NCBI GenBank assembly: GCA_963845755.1
Contig: CAWJTV010000001.1
Coordinates: forward strand, 192,001-256,000
DNA from: an uncultured Planctomycetota bacterium
GTDB lineage: Bacteria > Planctomycetota > Planctomycetia > Isosphaerales > Isosphaeraceae
Reading direction: 5' to 3'
DNA length: 64,000 nt
The notes beneath the pieces were generated by a model. The model saw only the letters and a program-made list of their open reading frames with translations. It was not told the origin of the DNA and did not search any database. Below, piece by piece: positions 58,163 through 64,000 of the stretch (the first letter of the stretch is position 1; each line of letters begins with the position of its first letter). A program made the translations under genes and the position numbers.

Positions 58163-59557
58163 ATGCATCGGGTTGAGGAAAGACCGGCGCTCTCCGCGAC
58201 AGAGTCTTGCTCGATCGAGAACGCGGTCAACACAGGCAGCCAGAGTTGCCTATCGGTTCGACTGGCGGTTTTCCTCCTGCTGGTCTGTTTAAGGCTTATG
58301 ATTCCCAAAGCATTGGTGGCACAGCAAATACCGCCCAGGACTTGGGTCGGCCGACGAGTCGTCCAACGGTTCAATAACCTGACGCTCCGCATCGAAGACC
58401 GGGTTATCGACCGCAAACGGCTCATCCATTTCTACGTGGTCGAGCAGACCAACGGCCCCTGGCTGTGGATCCGGGCCGAAAACAATGGATTCGGCGGCTG
58501 GGCCAAGATCGATGACATGGTACCTGTCGAGGAAGGGATCGATTTCTTCTCCAGTCGGATCCGCGCCAATCCCAGCGACGTGTTCTCCTACATGATGCGA
58601 GGCACTCTCTGGCAGGACCGGCAAGATCATCAGAAGGCGCTCAGCGACTTTGGAGAAGCCATCCGTTTAAGTCCCAATGATGCTTGGGTTTACAATGACC
58701 GATCCATCTTGTGGTTCGAAACCGGCGATTATGACCGGGCCATCGCGGATTGCACCGAGGCCATCCGACTCGAGCCTCAAGTAGCCAGTTCGTACAACAA
58801 CCGGGGGACGATCTGGAGGAAGAAGAAAGTCTACGACTCGGCGATCGCCGACTTCAACGAGGCTGTCCGATTGAATCCCGAGTATGTTTATGCCTATTAT
58901 AACCGTGGTCTCGCCCATTTTGACAAGGGAGATTACGATGCGGCGATCGCCGACTTCGGCACGGTTGTGCGACTGGATACATCGGATGCGTTGGGCTATT
59001 ACAACCGTGGCCTCGCCTGGGCTTACAAGAATGAACACGCCGAGGCAATTGCGGATTTCGACAAGGCCATTGCGCTGAATCCGCGGTCGGCATTGGCCCA
59101 TTTCCATCGGGGCGTGTCCAAGGCGGCGAAGAAGGCTTATGAGGCTGCCATAGCGGATTACGATCAGGCGATCCGGCTCTCGCCGAAGGATGCGAAGGCG
59201 TATTACGAGCGGGGCCTTGCCCGAGTCGAGCGGAAGGACTATCCCCGGGCCGTCGCCGATTTCAATGAAGCGATCCGACTGGACCCGAATTACGACGAGG
59301 GCTATCTCGGCCGCGCATGGCTGCTGGCGACCTGTCCCGATACGAAGTATCGCGACCCGAAGAAAGCGGTCGAGTCGGCGACCCGAGCGTGCGAGTTAAC
59401 CAACTGGCACGCATCGCACGATCTGAGCGGTTTGGCCGCGGTGTATGCCGAGATCGGGAATGTTGCCGAAGCCGTGAAGTGGCAGTCTCGGGCCATCGAG
59501 CTGTTGGCCGACGAGGACTTGAAACGGATCGAGGCGCTGCGGTTGGGTCACCATTGA
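58163..59557 (+). CDS. Tetratricopeptide repeat protein
   Basis: About 8 TPR units of form (A/S)YxNRGxxxxxKxxYDxAIADFxxAIRLxP, plus AWLLATCPD. Start uncertain. Confidence 0.88.
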   Translation: MHRVEERPALSATESCSIENAVNTGSQSCLSVRLAVFLLLVCLRLMIPKALVAQQIPPRTWVGRRVVQRFNNLTLRIEDRVIDRKRLIHFYVVEQTNGPWLWIRAENNGFGGWAKIDDMVPVEEGIDFFSSRIRANPSDVFSYMMRGTLWQDRQDHQKALSDFGEAIRLSPNDAWVYNDRSILWFETGDYDRAIADCTEAIRLEPQVASSYNNRGTIWRKKKVYDSAIADFNEAVRLNPEYVYAYYNRGLAHFDKGDYDAAIADFGTVVRLDTSDALGYYNRGLAWAYKNEHAEAIADFDKAIALNPRSALAHFHRGVSKAAKKAYEAAIADYDQAIRLSPKDAKAYYERGLARVERKDYPRAVADFNEAIRLDPNYDEGYLGRAWLLATCPDTKYRDPKKAVESATRACELTNWHASHDLSGLAAVYAEIGNVAEAVKWQSRAIELLADEDLKRIEALRLGHH

Positions 59558-59704
59558 GATCGGCGTCCGCGGGTCGTCGGCAAAGGCCCGAAGACCGGAC
59601 CGGACTCGACTCGGACTGGTCGGAAGTGGGGGTCGCCTTGCGAGCCATCGCTGGCCTTCGTCGCGAGGCGGCTCTCCGACAGAGCCGCTTCGCGAGTCCG
59701 CCCC

Positions 59705-60067
59705 TCAAAACTTCTTCAGGGCCGTGATTTCATCCGGGTGGATTTCAAAGATCTTGTCAAAATGGCTGACTTTGAACGCATCCATGATCACGGGACGAAG
59801 GCCGCAGAGCTTGATACGCCCCTTGGCGTCCTGGATCTTGCGATGGAGTTTCACCAGGTGCGCCAGCATCGCGCTGGAGATGAAGTGCGCATTGCCGAGA
59901 TTCAGGAGGACCTTCGGTTCCTTCCGCGACTCGACCAGGTCGACCAGCTCCATGCCGACGGCCTGAACCTTCTCCCCCTCGAACATCGCCATGGTTTCAC
60001 GGAAGTTCACGACGGCGACGCCGTCGACGTACTTCACCGTGATATATTGGTACTCGGAAAGGGCCAT
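59705..60067 (-). CDS. STAS domain anti-sigma factor antagonist
   Basis: KVLLNLGNAHFISSAMLAHLV...GRIKLCGL. Confidence 0.88.
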   Translation of the reverse strand: MALSEYQYITVKYVDGVAVVNFRETMAMFEGEKVQAVGMELVDLVESRKEPKVLLNLGNAHFISSAMLAHLVKLHRKIQDAKGRIKLCGLRPVIMDAFKVSHFDKIFEIHPDEITALKKF

Positions 60068-60336
60068 GGAAGCGGCTCCTGATGCCCGCCCTCGCTCGGG
60101 GTCCTTCGGGGATCAGCGTCGTCCCCTCGACGGCCGGCGCGGGCTTGGCCGGCACGGAGTCCCCAACTCGAATCGCGATTCCCGAGGTGGGTAACTTGAT
60201 CATATCGGAAGAGGGATCCCTTTCCCATCCCCATCTCCTCTTTCCCGCGGGATGCGAGATTGCGGCAACGACTGCGGGCCCGAAGCCCGCACCTCGGGTC
60301 GCGTGCGCCCCTTGCTCCGATCCGCGATTCCAGCGA

Positions 60337-60365
60337 TTGACGAGTTGGGCGCCGCCCTCTAACAT
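60337..60365 (+). promoter_or_regulatory. Sigma70-type promoter for PLRC ORF 3
   Basis: TTGACG-N17-TAACAT. Confidence 0.65.
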
Positions 60366-60409
60366 GGGTGAAACTCGATCGTCCTTGAGACAACTGATAG
60401 CCGATCTCA

Positions 60410-60766
60410 GTGGTGACGCGAATTCATGCCTATCTCTGGTATTTGCCCGGGATCATCTTGATCTCCCAGTGGGCCTTGCCGTCGGTCAGAAGCGCCCCGC
60501 GGGGCACCCTGGCTCCGATCAATGTTCGAGGTCCAGCCGGTCATCCGGGCTCACGACCGCCCCGGATGATCGCCACCCGATCCTCTCTGTCGGCTTGCGA
60601 TTGCCCTGAACAGGTTACGAACGACGCCGACGTAGACCCCCGAACCGGCCCGCGCGACGATGGGTCACGTTTGCTTTCCTCAAATGATGCACGCATGCGA
60701 CCGACGGTCCGTTCCGTGGCTTCATTCCGCGGCAAGCGAGGCCCAACCCATCCCTTGCGCTGTTGA
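60410..60766 (+). CDS. Small PLRC-terminal putative leader protein 3
   Basis: 118 aa with AYLWYLPGIILISQWAL-PSVR near the N-terminus, ending THPLRC*. Lies 180 nt upstream of MFP4. Confidence 0.6.
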   Translation: MVTRIHAYLWYLPGIILISQWALPSVRSAPRGTLAPINVRGPAGHPGSRPPRMIATRSSLSACDCPEQVTNDADVDPRTGPRDDGSRLLSSNDARMRPTVRSVASFRGKRGPTHPLRC

Positions 60767-60946
60767 CGCACGCCCCGCATGCTTCAACGCTCGCATCGAG
60801 AGTCGCGTGACGATGAGTTTCTTCCGTCTCATCTTCCGATCCCGGCCCGGGATCGGCCGTGATTGCCGGAGAACAGGGCAAAGGGGAATGGGTCCATCGG
60901 GAACCGTCCGAATCCTCGGGTCGAATTCGAAATGAGGGGTGGTCGC

Positions 60947-62459
60947 ATGTTAGCAGATCAGGTCGCGGTCGCGGCGAAACCCGTTGGCGTGGAGCGATCG
61001 GACAAAGGTCCTCCACGACCTGCTCCGGAGCGTCCGCGATGGGGGTTGCGTTTGCTGTTCCTTTTGATCGTCGCCGGCGGAATCGGCGGTGTCTACGTGG
61101 CGACCTCCGGCAAGGCCCACCCGGGCGAATCGGGAGAGAAGGTGGACGTCGCCGGTATCGGGAAAGGCGAAGCGGGCAGTTCCGAGCCGAAGGTTCAGGC
61201 CGTCAAGCCGCGTCGGGGGGGATGGAGCGGATCACGAGCCAGCCGGGAACCATTAGCGCGTTCGAGTTCGCCAGACTGTATGCGAAGGTCTCCGGCTACC
61301 TAAAGACGTTGAAGGTAGACCGCGGCAGCCGCGTCGAGAAAGGGCAGCTCCTGGCGCAGCTCGACGTGCCCGAGCTGGAAGCCGCCGTCGAGCAAGCCGA
61401 GGCGGCGGTGATCCGGGCGAATGCGGCCGTCAAGCAGGCGATGGCACATGTGACCAGCGCCAGGAGATGATCAAGGCCAAGTTGGCATTCCAGGAAGAGT
61501 CCGTCGCCAATCAGGAGGCGGCCGTCGCCGATCGCCAATACCGGGACAAACAGTTCCACCGGATCGACGACCTGGTGAGGCGGCATGCCGTCGAGGAACG
61601 GCTCCGGGATGAGGAGTACGACCACTATCACGTTGCCTTGTCCAAGGAGCACGCGGCCGTGGCCGCAGTGGCCACCGCCAAGGCGCAGGTGGCCGAGGCA
61701 GAGGCCTTGCTCGCGCAGGCCCAGGCGGACGAGGAAGGGGCCAAGGCGGATGTGAAGGTCAGCGAGGCGAACCTGAAAAAGGAAAAGGCTCTCTACGAAT
61801 ACACGTATCTCCGCTCACCCTACAAGGGCGTCGTCATCGCCCGCGGCGAGGCCGTGCATCCCGGTTCGTTCGTCCAATCTCCGGACAAAGGCGGCGAAGA
61901 ACCCTTGCTCATCGTGGCCCGCGATGACGTCATGCGGACAATCATCCCAATCCCCGACCGAGATGTCCCCTATTGCGAGCCCGGCGATCCCGCGATCATT
62001 CGGATCGATGCCATGGGTAACCGAGAGTTCAAGGGCAAGGTTAGCCGGGTGGCGGAATCCGAGGACATCAAGGATCGAACGATGCGCATCGAGGTCAACC
62101 TCCCCAATCCCGAGCACATCCTCCGCGACGGCATGTTCGGCCGAGGCGAGATCGTCCTCGAGAAGGACACTCCGAACTTCACAGTCCCTTCGTCCTGCGT
62201 CCTGGAGCGGAATAGCCAGGGCGAAGGCGCCATCCAGGTCGTCAAGGATGGGAAGACGTACAAGCAGACCGTGCAGATCGGCCGCGATGACGGGGTCCGT
62301 GCCGAGATCCTCAGCGGCCTGAGTGCCGATGCCCTGGTGATCCTCCAGCCCGACGCGTCGGTCGCCGATGGTACGAAGGTTCAGGTTCTATCCGACACGA
62401 CCCCATCGCCGGCCCCGGCCTCGAAACCCGCCCAGGCCCCCAAGGAATCCCACGAGTAA
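60947..62459 (+). CDS. RND efflux periplasmic adaptor MFP4 (TM-anchored); frameshifts near 61215 and 61460
   Basis: TM segment LLFLLIVAGGIGGV, then LYAKVSGYLKTLKVDRGSRVEKGQLLA, LRSPYKGVV and RTMRIEV. Confidence 0.82.
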
Positions 62460-62599
62460 TCGCCCCTGACTCCGCGCAGACCGCGCCAGGCACCACGGAG
62501 CGAATGCAGTTCGGGGCGGGCTCCTGCCGAATACTAGGGTATATCGGCCAGGCGTCCGCCCCGGTCCGCTCGCTCGACTGTGTTCAGGGAGGGTCACTG

Positions 62600-63589
62600 A
62601 TGTCGCGAATCCCTCGGCGCCCGAACCGGCCGGACTTCGAGAGGCTCGAATCGCGGCTTCCCCTGAGCCTCGCCCCATCCACGAACACCTTCGGCCTGAC
62701 GCCACCGGCCAACGCCCTCGGCATCAGCCTGGGCGACATCTCGGGGCCACGTGCCACCGGTTCCACGACCGTCACGATCGCACCTCAGAATATCACACCC
62801 GGCAAGGCCTCGACCGAGTTCGCCGTGTTCGTCCAGCCATACTCGGGCAGCGGGGTGCACCCGCGGATCGCCGGCGTGGAGCAGAACGGGAAAATGCTGC
62901 CGGTCCAGTTCGGTCGCCCCTATACCTCGCGCAGTGCCGGGAAGCCCACGAACCGGGCCGTCGCATTCTTCCAGACCGGTCAGTCCGGTCCGGTAACCAT
63001 CCTCGTCGCCGGCCAGAAGAACACCACCGGTTCCTACACTGTCGAAACGACCTTGCCCGGCGACGTCAACGGTGACGGTCAAGTCAATGTGGCCGACCTC
63101 GCGCCGTTCGCGAAATCCTTCGGGACGAAGCCGGGCTGGACGGGTTACTTGCCCTCCGCCGACTTCAACCAGAATGGTATCATCAACTTGTACGACGCCA
63201 AGGCGGTGGAGCGCAACATGCCGCCCCTGACTCCGGATAGTCCCCTCAACGCCGACATCAACCTGGTGCCATCGGACCAGGCGCAGTACGCCGCCCCCAA
63301 GAACTCGGGCGGTTCCACCATGAAGCGAGACGTCCAGATCGATGGCTACACCATGCCCGCCAGCATCGTCCTCGAGATCCAGCTATCCAACCTCACGCCG
63401 CCCGACAAGGCCATCGCGACCAATGCCCGGGGGTTCTTCACCCTCAGCACGAAGAATTCCCAGGGGGTGAACACGACGAATTTCCTGATCCTCGATCCCT
63501 ATGGCCGCCAGCTCGTCCGCGCGTACCCGATCTTCTGGATTCCATTCGCCGCTCCCCACTCGAAGTATCAACCGAAGAGCACGAGTTGA
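62600..63589 (+). CDS. Secreted protein with planctomycete N-terminal motif and a dockerin-like (double Ca-binding loop) domain
   Basis: Starts MSRIPRRPNRPDFERLESRLPLS. Contains GDVNGDGQVNVADL and ADFNQNGIINLYDA. Confidence 0.78.
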   Translation: MSRIPRRPNRPDFERLESRLPLSLAPSTNTFGLTPPANALGISLGDISGPRATGSTTVTIAPQNITPGKASTEFAVFVQPYSGSGVHPRIAGVEQNGKMLPVQFGRPYTSRSAGKPTNRAVAFFQTGQSGPVTILVAGQKNTTGSYTVETTLPGDVNGDGQVNVADLAPFAKSFGTKPGWTGYLPSADFNQNGIINLYDAKAVERNMPPLTPDSPLNADINLVPSDQAQYAAPKNSGGSTMKRDVQIDGYTMPASIVLEIQLSNLTPPDKAIATNARGFFTLSTKNSQGVNTTNFLILDPYGRQLVRAYPIFWIPFAAPHSKYQPKSTS

Positions 63590-63645
63590 TGATGTAGCCC
63601 GGACGGCGGTGGCCGGGACGAGAAATCGATCGGCGCGTGCGGCGG

Positions 63646-64000
63646 TCAATGCGACCCGTCGACGAGCGGCCGGCACCCCACCAGGTTGATCCCGTGCCCC
63701 TGACCTTCGTGGTACAGGACCTGGTCCCGACTCAGGTCCACCACGTGGATCAGTCCGGCGTCGGCGAACCAGCCCGCCACTTCGTCGGCGGTATGGCGGG
63801 TCAAATACTTCGGCGCGTACCAGTCGAGCGTGTCGCATACCCGAACCTCCGAGTCCGGATGCATCGAGACGCCGATCGTCGCCAGGTGGACGGCCACGCC
63901 CAGCCGTTGGATCAGCCACCGGCGGCTCGACATCAAGTAACGCTTCAGCGCACCGATCGGGGCGGAGATCCGGCACAGCGGCTCCAGCACGCCCAGCGGC
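63646..64000 (-). CDS. 3' end of a probable SAM-dependent methyltransferase (runs off the window)
   Basis: The C-terminal pattern DTLDWYAPKYLTRHT..EV..WF..AGL is seen in class I methyltransferases. The SAM-binding motif is not in the window. Confidence 0.55.
   Translation of the reverse strand, partial: PLGVLEPLCRISAPIGALKRYLMSSRRWLIQRLGVAVHLATIGVSMHPDSEVRVCDTLDWYAPKYLTRHTADEVAGWFADAGLIHVVDLSRDQVLYHEGQGHGINLVGCRPLVDGSH

Noticed and set aside
60608..60634. GAAC...CGACGTA resembling the ECF motif upstream of MFP4
   Set aside because: The spacing is 19 or 8 nt rather than 15-16, and it lies inside PLRC ORF 3.

Overview
GC-rich bacterial DNA whose protein families point to Planctomycetota, probably Isosphaeraceae-like (an inference from protein motifs, not a database result). 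The assembly carries many single-base indels. Twelve of the 16 I could place precisely fall at GCGC sites, so most broken genes are probably intact in vivo. Contents in order: two ELWxxDGT-like repeat surface proteins with REP/MITE elements between them; cupin, SDR and DinB genes; a duplicated module of TolC, optional PDZ protein and an unknown secreted protein; a kdpFABC operon with a truncated kdpD, an extra 26-aa membrane peptide and a REC-TPR regulator; a beta-barrel porin; two RND permeases, three adaptor (MFP) genes and a general stress protein; TnpB and IS630 remnants; LarA-like, TPR, YgfZ, GH57, DinJ-YafQ, FAD oxidoreductase, OprO/P-type porin, TPR and STAS genes; a fourth MFP; a dockerin-like secreted protein; and a partial methyltransferase. 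Three observations stand out. (1) Three divergent 116-120 aa ORFs each follow a sigma70-type promoter, start with a hydrophobic segment, end in PLRC-stop and lie upstream of efflux genes, which suggests a leader or arrest-peptide family. (2) A 22-aa C-terminal tail (RPxYLPxxGNGPPPxxR) is shared by both TolC proteins and the unrelated PDZ protein. (3) Five proteins with the planctomycete N-terminal ExLExRxLL-like motif cluster around the TolC/MFP/RND genes, which suggests a dedicated export system.
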